Both the position numbers and the translations under genes were made by a program. Source: Erythrobacter sp. (GTDB lineage Bacteria; Pseudomonadota; Alphaproteobacteria; Sphingomonadales; Sphingomonadaceae). Taken from it: a stretch of DNA of 64,000 nt. The stretch is from positions 7,266 through 71,265 of the forward strand of contig JBDWRU010000010.1 in the NCBI GenBank assembly GCA_039985875.1, read 5' to 3'. The notes below the pieces were generated by a model. The model saw only the letters and a program-made list of their open reading frames with translations, had not been told where the DNA came from and searched no databases. Positions 25,782-36,416 of the stretch are shown one piece after another (the first letter of the stretch is position 1; the number at the start of each line of letters is the position of its first letter).

Positions 25782-26312
25782 CTATGGATTGATCATGACA
25801 CTGGCGGCACGGCGGTTTTGCGCCCAAGCCTGCTCATTCGAGCCGAGCGCGACAGGGCGCTCTTTGCCAAAGCTGACCGTGCGAACTCGGTTGGACGAAA
25901 CACCCAGACTAACGAGATAATTCTTCGCTGCGTTGGCGCGGCGCTCACCCAGCGCAAGGTTGTATTCTCGAGTGCCACGCTCGTCGGCATGGCCTTCAAC
26001 AGTGAAGGTCAGTTGCGGATAGCGTGCAAAGTACTGCGCTTGCGCTTGCAATGCAGCAGCATCGGAACTGTCGATGTTAAAGCGATCCGTGCCGAAGTAG
26101 ATCGTCGTCGATCCGCCAACAGCGGCTTCGAAATGGCGTTGAGAGCCGGGCTGCGGTGTGGAGTCCGTCGTCCCGCCAGTGTTCGTGCCTTGTGTCCCCT
26201 GTGTGTTCGTATCAGTAGGTGCGGGCGGCAAAATGTCGGGCGCCTCTTTCGAGCAAGCGGCTAGCGCTGAAACCGAAACAAGCAGAGCGATTGTGGCTAT
26301 TGGTTTGTTCAT
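25782..26312 (-). CDS. pal: Peptidoglycan-associated lipoprotein Pal (OmpA family)
   Basis: Lipobox LAACS. TVEGHADERGTREYNLALGERRANAAKNYL. Confidence 0.85.
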   Translation of the reverse strand: MNKPIATIALLVSVSALAACSKEAPDILPPAPTDTNTQGTQGTNTGGTTDSTPQPGSQRHFEAAVGGSTTIYFGTDRFNIDSSDAAALQAQAQYFARYPQLTFTVEGHADERGTREYNLALGERRANAAKNYLVSLGVSSNRVRTVSFGKERPVALGSNEQAWAQNRRAASVMINP

Positions 26313-26373
26313 GACATCATCCTTTAACACATATTAGGCGATCAGCGACACAAAGGTTACTCTCGAGATTGGG

Positions 26374-27780
26374 TTATTCCCGAATTGGCCCCCATGCAGG
26401 ATCCGAGGCATCCACCGGGGTAGGCAGCCGACGTTCATTGCGGCCGGTCAAGTCGACTTGCCACAGACTCGACCGCCCTGAGTTGCGCGCGGTGCGGAAG
26501 AATTGAACAATCCGTCCATTGGGCGACCAAGTGGGCGCTTCGTCTTGCCAGCCATTGGTCAGCACGCGCATACTGCCACCACCCGGCGTCATCACCGCGA
26601 CGTTGAAATCACCAGCTATGCGCGTAAACGCGATTTGGTCTCCGCGAGGGCTCCATTCCGGGGTCGCACAGCGTCCTCCGAAGAATGAAATACGCTTTTG
26701 CCCAGAGCCATCGGCATTCATGACATAGCATTGCTGCGAGCCTGAGCGGTCGCTTTCAAATACGATCTTTGTCCCATCCGGCGAGTAAGATCCGGCAATA
26801 TCAATTCCCGGTGTCGTGGTCAGTCGCGTCGACGATCCGCCACCAACTGACACGCGATAAACATCGGTATTGCCCGCAACGGACATGGAATAAAGGATCG
26901 AACGACCGTCGGGCGACCAACGCGGAGCAAGCGTGGGATTGCGGTTCTCCGTCACCAAAGTCTGTTTCCCGCTATCAATGTCATAGACATAGATGCGCGG
27001 GTTCCCATCGACATAGGACAGATACAGAATCTTGGAATAGTCGGGCGAATAGCGCGGGGTGAGCGCGGTTGAACTGCCCAATGTGATAAAGCGGTGGTTG
27101 GCACCGTCGCTATCCATAATTGCGAGGCGCTTAACCCGCTTATTTTTTGGACCGGTCTCCGCGATATAGGCGATACGACTGTCAAAGAACGGGTCTTCCC
27201 CGGTCAGGCGCGCATAGATGAGGTCAGAGCATTTGTGCGCAGAGCGTCGCCAGTCTTTGGGCTGCACCACCCACCCTTCACGGATCAACTGCGTTTGAAG
27301 GGCGACATCGTAGAGGTAACAGCCCACCACCAATCGGCCATCGCTGCGTGCACGGACATAGCCATGCACCAGCATCTCTGCGCCGCGCCCGTTCCAAGTG
27401 CCATAGGCTGGCGCGGTTATCTGCGGAAAGGATGGGCTGGGCAGGCTGTCAGGCCCGGTTGGCTTGAACAGACCATTGTTCTGAAGGTTTGCGGTGATGA
27501 CGCGAGCCACTTCGCGCCCCAAGGCCGCCGTTCCATTGGAGTTGGCAGGGGTTGGCGCGTTGCGGTCCGTCGCAAAAGCGGGAATGGCAATGCCAAGATC
27601 GTCCCAATCGCTGTCGTCAGTGACAGAACCGGTAAGCCCGCCTTCATCAGAAGCAGTTTCCTCAAACGCGGTTTCAATATTTCCGCCCTCATCCACCTGC
27701 TCGCCCAAATCTTGATTTTGGGCGGCAAGCGGGGCTGCTATAAGAGCCAAGCAAAGTGCGAGAAACGATCTCATAATCAT
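26374..27780 (-). CDS. tolB: Tol-Pal system beta-propeller protein TolB
   Basis: Repeated PxWSPDG motifs (RYSPDYSKI, RWSPDGRSI, SYSPDGTKI, EWSPRGDQI, TWSPNGR). ATG 27780 overlaps the tolA stop by 1 nt (TAATG). Confidence 0.85.
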   Translation of the reverse strand: MIMRSFLALCLALIAAPLAAQNQDLGEQVDEGGNIETAFEETASDEGGLTGSVTDDSDWDDLGIAIPAFATDRNAPTPANSNGTAALGREVARVITANLQNNGLFKPTGPDSLPSPSFPQITAPAYGTWNGRGAEMLVHGYVRARSDGRLVVGCYLYDVALQTQLIREGWVVQPKDWRRSAHKCSDLIYARLTGEDPFFDSRIAYIAETGPKNKRVKRLAIMDSDGANHRFITLGSSTALTPRYSPDYSKILYLSYVDGNPRIYVYDIDSGKQTLVTENRNPTLAPRWSPDGRSILYSMSVAGNTDVYRVSVGGGSSTRLTTTPGIDIAGSYSPDGTKIVFESDRSGSQQCYVMNADGSGQKRISFFGGRCATPEWSPRGDQIAFTRIAGDFNVAVMTPGGGSMRVLTNGWQDEAPTWSPNGRIVQFFRTARNSGRSSLWQVDLTGRNERRLPTPVDASDPAWGPIRE

Positions 27781-28667
27781 TAAAGCCTTCTGTCGAAACG
27801 CCATGCGGAGATAGTCTTCCAGCCATTGTAGAACTGATCAGGAAGATCGAAAGGGGCAGCAAGCTGAATTGCTCTTATCACGCGTTCACAATGCAGTTTT
27901 GCTTGCGGTCGATTGGAAGGCGTGATGCTGCTTGCGGTAGTATTGCACTTGGGCCGACCTTTCAAAGTGCCATCTGGATTGAGCCGCCAAGAGGCCACTG
28001 AGATCAGTTTCTCGGCATCCACGCCCTGCGGTGCAGTCCAATGCGGGCGAAGTTGCCGGGTGATTGCAGACCGCAAAGACGCTTGAGCACTCGCACCTAT
28101 CTGTGAGGCAGGCAGACGAGTGTCATTGCTTGTTCGCGAAGTCCCGCCGCCCGGCAAAAAGTCGTCACCAACACGGCTTCCGCCAGAATTGCGGCGGGTC
28201 GTCGACGAAGATGAACTCGAAGAGGAGCGCGAATTGTTGTTCCGCGACGTGCTGCTCCGCGAACTGTTGCTCCGCGACGTGTTACGCGAAGACGTGTTAC
28301 GGGTTGGGGTTGTCGTGCGGCGCGTTGGCGTACTCGCGGGCGTCGTGGGCGCTGGGCTAGGTTCGACAGGCGGTGCATCCAGCACCTCTGGCAGGGGCGC
28401 CAAATCAGGTGAAGGCGCGCTGGGTTCACCCAATTCCGGCGCAACAGATGCGCGGCTTTCCAAAACCACTTCGGGCCCGGCCGTCTCGAGCCCAACATCG
28501 GTCGCCAAACTCACAGTCAGGCCTTGGGGCAGCACAAGCTCTTCTTCTTTGATGGGTATTGGCAAACTCGCGAAATACACCAGCATGGCACCCAGCGCCG
28601 CGTGCAGCACAATCGCTGTCGCAATACCAGCCTGATCAGAGGCACTTATGGCGCGGATATCTCCCAT
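27780..28667 (-). CDS. tolA: TolA-like cell envelope integrity protein (TonB_C/TolA_C-type C-terminus)
   Basis: Position between tolR and tolB. One N-terminal TM helix, a Pro-rich then Ser/Arg/Asn/Thr-rich linker, and a globular C-terminal domain. Confidence 0.65.
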   Translation of the reverse strand: MGDIRAISASDQAGIATAIVLHAALGAMLVYFASLPIPIKEEELVLPQGLTVSLATDVGLETAGPEVVLESRASVAPELGEPSAPSPDLAPLPEVLDAPPVEPSPAPTTPASTPTRRTTTPTRNTSSRNTSRSNSSRSSTSRNNNSRSSSSSSSSTTRRNSGGSRVGDDFLPGGGTSRTSNDTRLPASQIGASAQASLRSAITRQLRPHWTAPQGVDAEKLISVASWRLNPDGTLKGRPKCNTTASSITPSNRPQAKLHCERVIRAIQLAAPFDLPDQFYNGWKTISAWRFDRRL

Positions 28668-28680
28668 TCAATGCCTCAGG

Positions 28681-29124
28681 CTATGGCTCGGAAACTGAAC
28701 CATTGGTGACCATCGAGATTGTGTTGCACCCGGCGCGGTTCATTTCACCGAGAACAGCCATCGTCCTGCCGTAGTTGATCTCCCTGTCGCCCCGGAAGGT
28801 GATCAGCGGCTGATTTTCGCTACCTGCACAGTCAAATTTTGCCAGAGCGGCGGAAAATTCGCCTTCAGGCACCGCATCCCCATCTATGAAGATGCCTCCT
28901 TCCGAATTCACCGACACAGTGATTTGATCGGGCTGCTGCTCAATCGGGTTCGCGCGACTGTCAGGCAGCTCAATCGGTACGCCCACCGCGAGCAGCGGCG
29001 CGGTGACCATGAAAATAATGAGCAGCACCAGCATCACGTCGACAAACGGTGTGACATTTATCTCAGCCATGGGCGCGCGGCGTGAACGCCGGCCTGAGCG
29101 TTTGGAGGACACACTCATACCCAT
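28681..29124 (-). CDS. tolR: ExbD/TolR family protein
   Basis: MAEINVTPFVDVMLVLLIIFMVTAPL. Confidence 0.85.
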   Translation of the reverse strand: MGMSVSSKRSGRRSRRAPMAEINVTPFVDVMLVLLIIFMVTAPLLAVGVPIELPDSRANPIEQQPDQITVSVNSEGGIFIDGDAVPEGEFSAALAKFDCAGSENQPLITFRGDREINYGRTMAVLGEMNRAGCNTISMVTNGSVSEP

Positions 29125-29852
29125 CAGGCTTTATCGAGCTCGCGGCTAAGCCCGGCTTGGACCTTGTCGGCAAAACGCTGCAATTTCGCTTCATAACGGT
29201 CCACCCGGTTGGAAAAGCGGTTATAGGCAATCACCGCTGGAATAGCGGCGAACAGGCCAATAGCGGTTGCGAACAAAGCCTCTGAAATGCCCGGTGCAAC
29301 CACCGCCAGTGAAGAGCTTTCCTGCGCGCCAATTTGGAAGAAGCTGTTCATGATGCCCCAAACGGTACCGAACAGGCCGACAAAGGGCGCAACCGAACCA
29401 GTGGTCGCCAGAAAGCCCAATCGCCCGGCCAATTCATCTGCTTCATGCCCAACTTGGCTCTCCATCGCGGCGCTAATCCGTTCGCGCGCGGCGGACCGGT
29501 CAATTGATGGGCCAGCTTTTGAACGCTTCCACTCATCCAGCCCAGCCCCGGCGACCCGCGCCGAAGGGATATCGCGGCGCATCTGCTTCGACAGCATCGC
29601 ATCGCGCTCTTTAGTGAGCCAGAACTCTTCCTCATATTCGCGCGAGCTTCTGTTCAATCCGCCGATCTTGAGGCTGAACGAAACCACAATCGCCCAGACC
29701 CAGACGCTGGCGAGGATCAAACCGATCATCACAATCTGGACGACGATATCTGCGTCGAGAAACAATTCGAGCGGGTTCAATCGCTGGGGTGCGTCGCTTG
29801 CAGCTCCAGCGGCTTGAGTGGTGACGGCAGTGAGTTGGTCAAGCAAAGTCAT
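29124..29852 (-). CDS. tolQ: MotA/TolQ/ExbB proton channel protein TolQ
   Basis: [27 protein letters not shown] 29852 forms an ATGA overlap with the ybgC stop. Confidence 0.85.
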   Translation of the reverse strand: MTLLDQLTAVTTQAAGAASDAPQRLNPLELFLDADIVVQIVMIGLILASVWVWAIVVSFSLKIGGLNRSSREYEEEFWLTKERDAMLSKQMRRDIPSARVAGAGLDEWKRSKAGPSIDRSAARERISAAMESQVGHEADELAGRLGFLATTGSVAPFVGLFGTVWGIMNSFFQIGAQESSSLAVVAPGISEALFATAIGLFAAIPAVIAYNRFSNRVDRYEAKLQRFADKVQAGLSRELDKA

Positions 29853-30310
29853 GCGGCCTCTTGGTCCATGAATGTCTGAAAAGCCTCGCGCCAAGGCGCG
29901 GGTTGACGGCGCGGACGGCCATCGGGGGTTAAAAACGCGGCGCGCACTTCGGCACGGGCGAATACTTCTGCGGGATCGCCAGCACGGCTCGCAACCTGCG
30001 TCATGCGTACGCTCGCTGCGCGAAGCTCATGACAGGTGGTGGTGATGACGATGTCATCGTCAAGCTTTGCTGGAACCAGATATTTGATCGCAAGCTCTGT
30101 CACCGCATATGCACCTTCGCCAGCTTCAATCGCCTCACGCTGATCAATCTTCAGCATCCGTAACAGGTCCGATCGAGCGCGTTCGAACCAGCGCAAATAG
30201 TTGGCGTGATAGGTGATACCCGACAGGTCGGTGTCTTCATAATAGACACGCACTGCATAAAGATGTTGCGCGCCGTCGAATACGCCGCCGGGTGGAGTTG
30301 GGTTAACCAT
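29849..30310 (-). CDS. ybgC: YbgC/FadM-family acyl-CoA thioesterase
   Basis: Hotdog-fold thioesterase N-terminus ([27 protein letters not shown]). It sits at the head of the tol cluster. Confidence 0.8.
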   Translation of the reverse strand: MVNPTPPGGVFDGAQHLYAVRVYYEDTDLSGITYHANYLRWFERARSDLLRMLKIDQREAIEAGEGAYAVTELAIKYLVPAKLDDDIVITTTCHELRAASVRMTQVASRAGDPAEVFARAEVRAAFLTPDGRPRRQPAPWREAFQTFMDQEAA

Positions 30311-30426
30311 GCTTCACGCGCCTTAGCGTAGCGAGGAATCTCTGCATAGCGGTGGTTATGCGTGTGACGTATGAATGGCGGTGGAATGAATCTGAAGCGC
30401 GATGAGTTGAAAATCAACGCTATCAC

Positions 30427-30666
30427 TTAGCCATCAGTTTCGTCAAAGACATCTCTGGCCCAAACAAACAACCCAATCAGAACGATCGCCAGCGGTGAAA
30501 ATAGAATTGCAAAGAAAACGTAGGACGAGGGATCAGACCAAGCAAAGTGGGTGATCGCAGCCTGATAAAATCCGAAAAACCCGTAGTCGAGAAGCCCGCC
30601 CCCCAAGCTTGCCATCAACATCGACAAAACCAATGAGACAAGGAAGATTGAGGTAAACTTGCCCAA
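30427..30666 (-). CDS. Small membrane protein (79 aa, two hydrophobic helices)
   Basis: ORF-track ORF with two clear hydrophobic segments. No motif. Confidence 0.4.
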   Translation of the reverse strand: MGKFTSIFLVSLVLSMLMASLGGGLLDYGFFGFYQAAITHFAWSDPSSYVFFAILFSPLAIVLIGLFVWARDVFDETDG

Positions 30667-30668
30667 GT

Positions 30669-31052
30669 TTAAGGGCGCTTCCAGATCATCGGCCCCAGCG
30701 GCTCACCGCCGAAAATATGGACATGCAAATGCGGGACCTCTTGCCCGCCATGCGCGCCGATATTGGCCACTAAGCGGTAACCGGGCTCCACCAATCCCTT
30801 GGCCCGCGCCACTTCGCCAACCGCGCGTACAAAACCTGCGATCTCTTCAGCTGAGGCTTTCGCCGAAAAATCATCCCAGCTGACATACTTACCCTTGGGG
30901 ATCACCAAAGTGTGCACCTCGGCCTGTGGGTTGATGTCCTCAAACGCGAACGCCCATTCATCTTCATAGACTTTGTTCGAGGGAATTTCCCCGCGCAATA
31001 TCTTCGCGAAGATGTTGTCATCATCATAAGGCAGAATCGGATCAATCGGCAT
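30669..31052 (-). CDS. HIT-family (histidine triad) protein
   Basis: HLHVHIFGG histidine triad. Confidence 0.8.
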   Translation of the reverse strand: MPIDPILPYDDDNIFAKILRGEIPSNKVYEDEWAFAFEDINPQAEVHTLVIPKGKYVSWDDFSAKASAEEIAGFVRAVGEVARAKGLVEPGYRLVANIGAHGGQEVPHLHVHIFGGEPLGPMIWKRP

Positions 31053-31054
31053 GA

Positions 31055-31369
31055 CTACTCGCTCCTGCTCGCTTTTTCTTCCAGCCCGGATAACCCCTCG
31101 CGCCGGTCTAGCTCGCCAAGCACATCAGCAAATGTGACACCTTTGGCTTGGAGTAGCACGAGCAAGTGGAACAACAGATCGGCGCTCTCCCCGACCAGAT
31201 CTTCATCGCTGCCAGAGACCGCTGCAATAACCGCTTCGACCGCTTCCTCGCCCACTTTCTGCGCGATCTTGGGCAGACCTTTGGCGTTCAATTTCGCAAC
31301 ATAGCTGGCATCGGGCGACGCGCTAGCGCGCTGCGCAATTGTGGCTTCAAGGCGTTCCAAAGTGCTCAT
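31055..31369 (-). CDS. hisE: Phosphoribosyl-ATP pyrophosphatase
   Basis: 104 aa. KVGEEAVEAVIA...ESADLLFHLLVLL. Confidence 0.8.
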   Translation of the reverse strand: MSTLERLEATIAQRASASPDASYVAKLNAKGLPKIAQKVGEEAVEAVIAAVSGSDEDLVGESADLLFHLLVLLQAKGVTFADVLGELDRREGLSGLEEKASRSE

Positions 31370-31384
31370 AAAATGCCGTTTCGC

Positions 31385-32149
31385 TTATACTCCGCGCGCT
31401 GGCAAGCCCGCCGCTAGGAGGGCCGCATGCGCCTCGGCGATGGAATGGGTGCCGAAATGGAAGATCGACGCAGCCAAGACCGCGCTCGCATGGCCCTCAC
31501 GCACGCCTTCGACCAAGTGATCGAGATTGCCGACGCCGCCGCTGGCGATCACCGGAATGCTCACGGCGTCGGCGATAGTGCGGGTCAGTTCCAGATCATA
31601 ACCCGCCTGCGTGCCGTCGCCATCCATTGACGTAACCAACAACTCGCCCGCGCCAAGCCTGGTGACTTTCCGAGCGTATTCGACCGCATCAATACCAGTG
31701 GGCTTGCGGCCACCATGGGTGAAGATTTCCCATTTGCCCTCGCCCGTGCGCCGCGCATCGACACTGGCAACAACGCATTGGCTGCCAAATTGCTGCGCAA
31801 TCTCGGCCACCAATTCAGGCCGCGCCACAGCGGCAGAATTGATCGCGACCTTGTCCGCCCCAGCAAGCAAAAGTGCGCGCGCATCTTCGACGCTGCGCAC
31901 CCCGCCCCCCACGGTCAGCGGCATGAAGCACACTTCTGCAGTCCGCTTAACGATATCGAGCAGGGTCCCGCGCCCTTCATGGCTGGCGGAAATATCCAAA
32001 AAGCACAGCTCATCCGCGCCCGCTGCGTCATAGGCGCGCGCTTGTTCAACCGGGTCGCCTGCGTCTTTCAGATCGACGAAGTTGACGCCCTTGACCACGC
32101 GGCCATCGGCAACATCAAGGCAGGGGATGACGCGGATGCGAACGGTCAT
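31385..32149 (-). CDS. hisF: Imidazole glycerol phosphate synthase cyclase subunit
   Basis: [26 protein letters not shown] and ASIFHFG. Confidence 0.9.
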   Translation of the reverse strand: MTVRIRVIPCLDVADGRVVKGVNFVDLKDAGDPVEQARAYDAAGADELCFLDISASHEGRGTLLDIVKRTAEVCFMPLTVGGGVRSVEDARALLLAGADKVAINSAAVARPELVAEIAQQFGSQCVVASVDARRTGEGKWEIFTHGGRKPTGIDAVEYARKVTRLGAGELLVTSMDGDGTQAGYDLELTRTIADAVSIPVIASGGVGNLDHLVEGVREGHASAVLAASIFHFGTHSIAEAHAALLAAGLPARGV

Positions 32150-32430
32150 GAATTATCTTCCAAGAGCACTGCTTCAGTTACGGTGACGGTGCATTCTTGA
32201 TCTGCCGGTTTACAGCCTGCCACAACGGTTTCTGACGGCACCTGTCCAGACAACCAAAACATACCAAAAGCCATATTGAAATAGAGCACAACTGTCGCCC
32301 AATAGCGCTGCGGCGATTTCTCTTTGGTCAGTCGAAAATGCAGCAGTCCCGTCTTCCCACGGCGGAAGTCAATGATCGCGACGATCAAGATCACCAAACT
32401 GGCGATCAAAGCAATGTCGGAGAACGTCAC
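32146..32430 (-). CDS. Small membrane protein inserted between hisF and hisA
   Basis: 94 aa with two hydrophobic helices. It has 4-nt overlaps with both neighbours. Confidence 0.5.
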   Translation of the reverse strand: MTFSDIALIASLVILIVAIIDFRRGKTGLLHFRLTKEKSPQRYWATVVLYFNMAFGMFWLSGQVPSETVVAGCKPADQECTVTVTEAVLLEDNS

Positions 32431-33155
32431 CCCCGATCACCCATCGCAATCGCGGTCCCCAAGTCCAGCTTGCCTTCGTAGAGCGCCCGTCCAGTAATCA
32501 CGCCTTCGATGCCAAAATGCGCGTTCAGTGACAGGACGTGAATGTCGTCCAAGCCCTTCACACCGCCGCTTGCGATCACTGGAATATCGACCTGTTGAGC
32601 CAGCTCCAACGTCGCGTCGATGTTCACGCCTTTCAGCAAACCATCGCGGCCAATATCGGTGAACAGCAGGGAAGCGACGCCTGCATCTTCGAACCGGCGC
32701 GCAAGGTCCACTACGGGCACATCTGACACTTCGGCCCACCCCTCGGTCGCGACCATGCCGTCTTTGGCATCCACCGCCACGACAATACCGCTTTCCCATT
32801 CGCGCGCCATATCTTTCACGAATTCGGGGTCTTTGAGCGCCGCTGATCCCATCACCACGCGCGCCACGCCCAGCTTGAACCAGCCTTCAACGCCCGCCGC
32901 ATCGCGGATACCGCCGCCCAGCTGCACATGGCCGGGAAACGCTTCAAGAACCGCTTCGACAGCCTCAACATTACGCCCTTCACCGGCAAAGCTGCCGTCC
33001 AGATCGACAACATGCAGGTGCTGCGCGCCCGCCTCGGCAAAGATCTTCGCCTGCGCTGCCGGATCATCACCATAGGTGGTTGCGCGGTCCATATCGCCTT
33101 CGGCCAGCCGCACGACTTCACCAGCTTTCAAATCAATGGCGGGAAATATGATCAT
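32427..33155 (-). CDS. hisA: ProFAR isomerase (1-(5-phosphoribosyl)-5-[(5-phosphoribosylamino)methylideneamino]imidazole-4-carboxamide isomerase)
   Basis: MIIFPAIDLKAGEVVRL. Start set to Met5 (33155), which overlaps the hisH stop. Confidence 0.85.
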   Translation of the reverse strand: MIIFPAIDLKAGEVVRLAEGDMDRATTYGDDPAAQAKIFAEAGAQHLHVVDLDGSFAGEGRNVEAVEAVLEAFPGHVQLGGGIRDAAGVEGWFKLGVARVVMGSAALKDPEFVKDMAREWESGIVVAVDAKDGMVATEGWAEVSDVPVVDLARRFEDAGVASLLFTDIGRDGLLKGVNIDATLELAQQVDIPVIASGGVKGLDDIHVLSLNAHFGIEGVITGRALYEGKLDLGTAIAMGDRG

Positions 33156-33781
33156 TTGGGGTCCCAATTCAAAAACCGATCCAGCAATTCTAGCCCGAAT
33201 TTCTGGCTCTTTTCAGGGTGAAATTGCACACCTAGCACATTATCCTTAGCGACCGCCGCGACCAGACCTTCGCCGTGATCGGTCAAAGCCGCCACATCCG
33301 CCGGATCCTGCGCTGCAAAGTGATAGGAATGCAGGAAGTAGCCCTCCCCCTCATCAAGCACCACATGATCGCGCGCATGGGGTAGTATCTCCACGTCGTT
33401 CCAGCCCATATGCGGCACTTTGATCGCCGGGTCCGATGGCTCGATCAAACGAACCTCTCCCTCAATCCAACCAAGCCCCGGCGTTTCGCCATGCTCCAGC
33501 CCGCGCGTCGCAAGCAATTGCATTCCAACACAAATACCAAGGAACGGTGCACCGCCAGCTTGGACGCGCTCTGCCATTGCTTCGACCATGCCTGGAATAG
33601 CGCGCAAACCTGCAGCACAAGCCATAAATGACCCAACACCCGGAAGCACAATCCGATCAGCAGCACGGACTACATTGGCATCGGCTGTGATGGTGACATC
33701 CGCTCCGACGGCCCGCAAAGCGTTATGAACCGAATGCAGATTGCCCGCGCCGTAATCGACCAGAGCAACGACTTCACCCAT
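33152..33781 (-). CDS. hisH: Imidazole glycerol phosphate synthase glutamine amidotransferase subunit
   Basis: VALVDYGAGNLHSV, LPGVGSF, GICVGMQLL (catalytic Cys) and VQFHPEKS. Confidence 0.9.
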   Translation of the reverse strand: MGEVVALVDYGAGNLHSVHNALRAVGADVTITADANVVRAADRIVLPGVGSFMACAAGLRAIPGMVEAMAERVQAGGAPFLGICVGMQLLATRGLEHGETPGLGWIEGEVRLIEPSDPAIKVPHMGWNDVEILPHARDHVVLDEGEGYFLHSYHFAAQDPADVAALTDHGEGLVAAVAKDNVLGVQFHPEKSQKFGLELLDRFLNWDPK

Positions 33782-34070
33782 CGAACGCCTCAAGCCCCGA
33801 TCCGGTGAAGCGCGGAGCCCATTCGATTATTTCGCGGTTTGCTACCTGTTCGATCAGAAACGGGTCGGCATTGGTCAATTGCTCAGCATGTTCGCGGTTT
33901 TCTGCACGGATAAAAACTAATCCGCCTTCACGCGGCTCGCACGGTCCCCAAGCCAAGAAATGCCCAGCTCGATGCCCTTCCTTGAGGAAGGCAAGGTGTG
34001 ACTCAAGCAAACTATCCACCTGCTCAATCGGCACGGTGTAGGTCAATCGAGCAATGAAAACGTTAGCCAC
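33774..34070 (-). CDS. YciI-like small protein between hisB and hisH
   Basis: A GTG 34070 start gives about 98 aa ([11 protein letters not shown]...). The longer track ORF would overlap hisB. The family call rests on general resemblance only. Confidence 0.45.
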   Translation of the reverse strand: MANVFIARLTYTVPIEQVDSLLESHLAFLKEGHRAGHFLAWGPCEPREGGLVFIRAENREHAEQLTNADPFLIEQVANREIIEWAPRFTGSGLEAFDG

Positions 34071-34680
34071 CAAGCTGCCCCTTAGTGCTGGGTACAGCGT
34101 CGCCTTTGCGCGGGTCACGTTCAACCGCAATCCGCATGGCGCGGGCAAAGCCCTTGTAGATGCTTTCGCAAATGTGGTGGTTGTTGGTCCCGTAAAGCAG
34201 CTCAATATGCAGCGTCAGCCCTGCGGTCTGCGCGACCGATTGGAACCAGTGCTCGATCAGTTCGGTGTCCCATTCGCCCAGCTTTTCCTGAGTAAACTTA
34301 GCGTTCCACACCAGAAATGGTCGCCCCGAGATGTCCAGCGCAACCCGGCTTAGTGTTTCATCCATCGGCGAATATGCTGATCCGTATCGCCCGATCCCGG
34401 CCTTATCGCTCAATGCGTCCCCAAGCGCCTGACCCAGCGCAATCGCCGAATCCTCGGTCGTGTGGTGCTGATCAACATACAGATCGCCGGACACCTTCAT
34501 CGTCACATCAATCAATGAGTGCTTAGAAAACTGCTCAACCATATGATCGAGAAAGCCGATCCCGGTCGACACATCATAGGTGCCCGTGCCATCAAGATTG
34601 ACGCTGATCGCGATCTCGGTTTCGGCGGTTTTACGGGCTACGGACCCGGTTCTAGGGGTGGTTGCGCAGACGTTCGACAT
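34063..34680 (-). CDS. hisB: Imidazoleglycerol-phosphate dehydratase
   Basis: [31 protein letters not shown] and NNHHICES. Start set to Met27 (34680). Confidence 0.9.
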   Translation of the reverse strand: MSNVCATTPRTGSVARKTAETEIAISVNLDGTGTYDVSTGIGFLDHMVEQFSKHSLIDVTMKVSGDLYVDQHHTTEDSAIALGQALGDALSDKAGIGRYGSAYSPMDETLSRVALDISGRPFLVWNAKFTQEKLGEWDTELIEHWFQSVAQTAGLTLHIELLYGTNNHHICESIYKGFARAMRIAVERDPRKGDAVPSTKGQLGG

Positions 34681-34807
34681 AGGGCGCGCTATACGCCGGA
34701 TCGCCACCAGTGCAAGCGCCAGAGACAATTGGTATTGCAAGCAATTCGGCAAAACCACGCACGAAGTGCTTGACCCGCGCTTCGCGCCTCGCCACGATTC
34801 AGTAAGT

Positions 34808-35320
34808 ATGAGCGATGAAACCCCAGATAGCCTGATCCCGTATGACGAGATCGTTCAAGAAGCGCTGCGCGCTGTGGTTGGGCGTGTGCTCGGCGAAATT
34901 CAGGATGGCGGCGGCGAATTGCCGGGCACGCACCATTTCTACATCACGTTTAAAACTGGAGCGCCGGGGGTTTCGATCCCGCAGCACCTGACTGAACGTT
35001 TCCCAGATGAGATGACAATTGTGCTGCAAAACAAGTTTTGGGAGCTCGAAGTCGGCGATGCTGGTTTTGGCGTCGGGCTATCTTTCAATGGCATCCCAGC
35101 AAAACTTTCGATCCCGTTTGCTGCGATCACAGCATTTGTCGACCCCGCTGTCGATTTCGGTCTGCAATTTCAGGCTTCAACCGATGAAATGGCACCGGAA
35201 GAGCATGAGGTCGCAGAAAACGATGCAGCCGATGGTGAAGCGCCCGAAGAGGCCGTGCAATCGGATGGTGAAGACGATGGATCAAACGTCGTTACCGTTG
35301 ATTTTGGTCGCAAGAAGTAA
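34808..35320 (+). CDS. sspB: SspB-like ClpXP adaptor (alphaproteobacterial type)
   Basis: [15 protein letters not shown]...HHFYITFKT...[15 protein letters not shown], with an acidic C-terminal tail. Start at ATG 34808. Confidence 0.65.
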   Translation: MSDETPDSLIPYDEIVQEALRAVVGRVLGEIQDGGGELPGTHHFYITFKTGAPGVSIPQHLTERFPDEMTIVLQNKFWELEVGDAGFGVGLSFNGIPAKLSIPFAAITAFVDPAVDFGLQFQASTDEMAPEEHEVAENDAADGEAPEEAVQSDGEDDGSNVVTVDFGRKK

Positions 35321-35322
35321 AC

Positions 35323-35682
35323 ATGGCTAAGGCCGATGCTTCAGGTGAAGAGCTGCCATCGGCAAGCTCTGAAGAAACTGCTTCTGCCCCGCCTAGCACC
35401 AACAGCTTGATCGCAGATGTGCTCGTCGATGGCGCAGGAAAACTCGCGCGTCAGGTCCTGCAACAACGCTCTGCCATCGCGCCCTATGACCCGGACGCGC
35501 CGCGCGAATATTCCGATGGTCGTGCGGCTTTGTCCGCAATTGCGGTCTATGGCGCGAGCAAACTTGCCGCGCGCGGGAGCGCCGGATTGGCATTGGTCGC
35601 CGGCGGCTTAATCCTCAAAGCGCTCTATGAACGCGGCAAAGCCAAAGAATTGGCTGAGCTCGACGATGAGCTGGAAAGCTGA
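35323..35682 (+). CDS. Hypothetical protein (119 aa)
   Basis: ORF lying 2 nt after sspB. Ala/Gly-rich, with no motif. Confidence 0.4.
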   Translation: MAKADASGEELPSASSEETASAPPSTNSLIADVLVDGAGKLARQVLQQRSAIAPYDPDAPREYSDGRAALSAIAVYGASKLAARGSAGLALVAGGLILKALYERGKAKELAELDDELES

Positions 35683-35737
35683 AGCCGCGAAAGAACGGCA
35701 CTTGATTTTATACTGCGCTTTGCGGCAACGCTGATCC

Positions 35738-36406
35738 ATGGGCGACCCAACGCAAACTTCGACCAAAAGTCCGATGCAATTGAACGCGCTGAAACGGCGC
35801 GGGCTGCTGTTTATTCTCTCCTCACCTTCCGGAGCGGGCAAAACGACATTGTCGCGCATGCTGCTAAAGTCCGACCCGTCGATCAAGCTCTCCGTCTCCG
35901 CCACCACACGCCCGCCGCGTCCGGGCGAGGAAGACGGTGTGCATTATCAGTTTGTCTCGGATGAAAAGTTCGACGCGATGGTCGCAGACGATGATTTCTA
36001 CGAATGGGCGCAGGTGTTTGGTCACCGCTATGGCACGCCCAAAGGCGCGATCCGCAACGCACTGAAAGATGGCGAGGATTTCCTGTTCGACATTGACTGG
36101 CAAGGCACCCAGCAATTGTACCAAAAGGACGCGCAGGACGTGGTGAGCGTCTTTATCCTACCGCCAAGCCTTGATGAACTGCGCCGCCGATTGGAAGCGC
36201 GCGCGCAAGACACCTCAGCGGTGATTGATGACCGAATGGAGCGCGCCCGCGCCGAGATCAGCCATTGGGCTGAGTATGATTATGTCGTCATCAATGACGA
36301 TGTCGATGAGTGCTTTGACCGGGTGTGCGAAGTGCTTGATGCCGAACGGATGCGCCGCACCCGGCAGACAGGTCTAATCCCATTTGTCCGCGAATTGATG
36401 GGATAA
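35738..36406 (+). CDS. gmk: Guanylate kinase
   Basis: LFILSSPSGAGKTTL P-loop; YGTPK; DIDWQG. Confidence 0.9.
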   Translation: MGDPTQTSTKSPMQLNALKRRGLLFILSSPSGAGKTTLSRMLLKSDPSIKLSVSATTRPPRPGEEDGVHYQFVSDEKFDAMVADDDFYEWAQVFGHRYGTPKGAIRNALKDGEDFLFDIDWQGTQQLYQKDAQDVVSVFILPPSLDELRRRLEARAQDTSAVIDDRMERARAEISHWAEYDYVVINDDVDECFDRVCEVLDAERMRRTRQTGLIPFVRELMG

Positions 36407-36416
36407 GAAACCCGGC

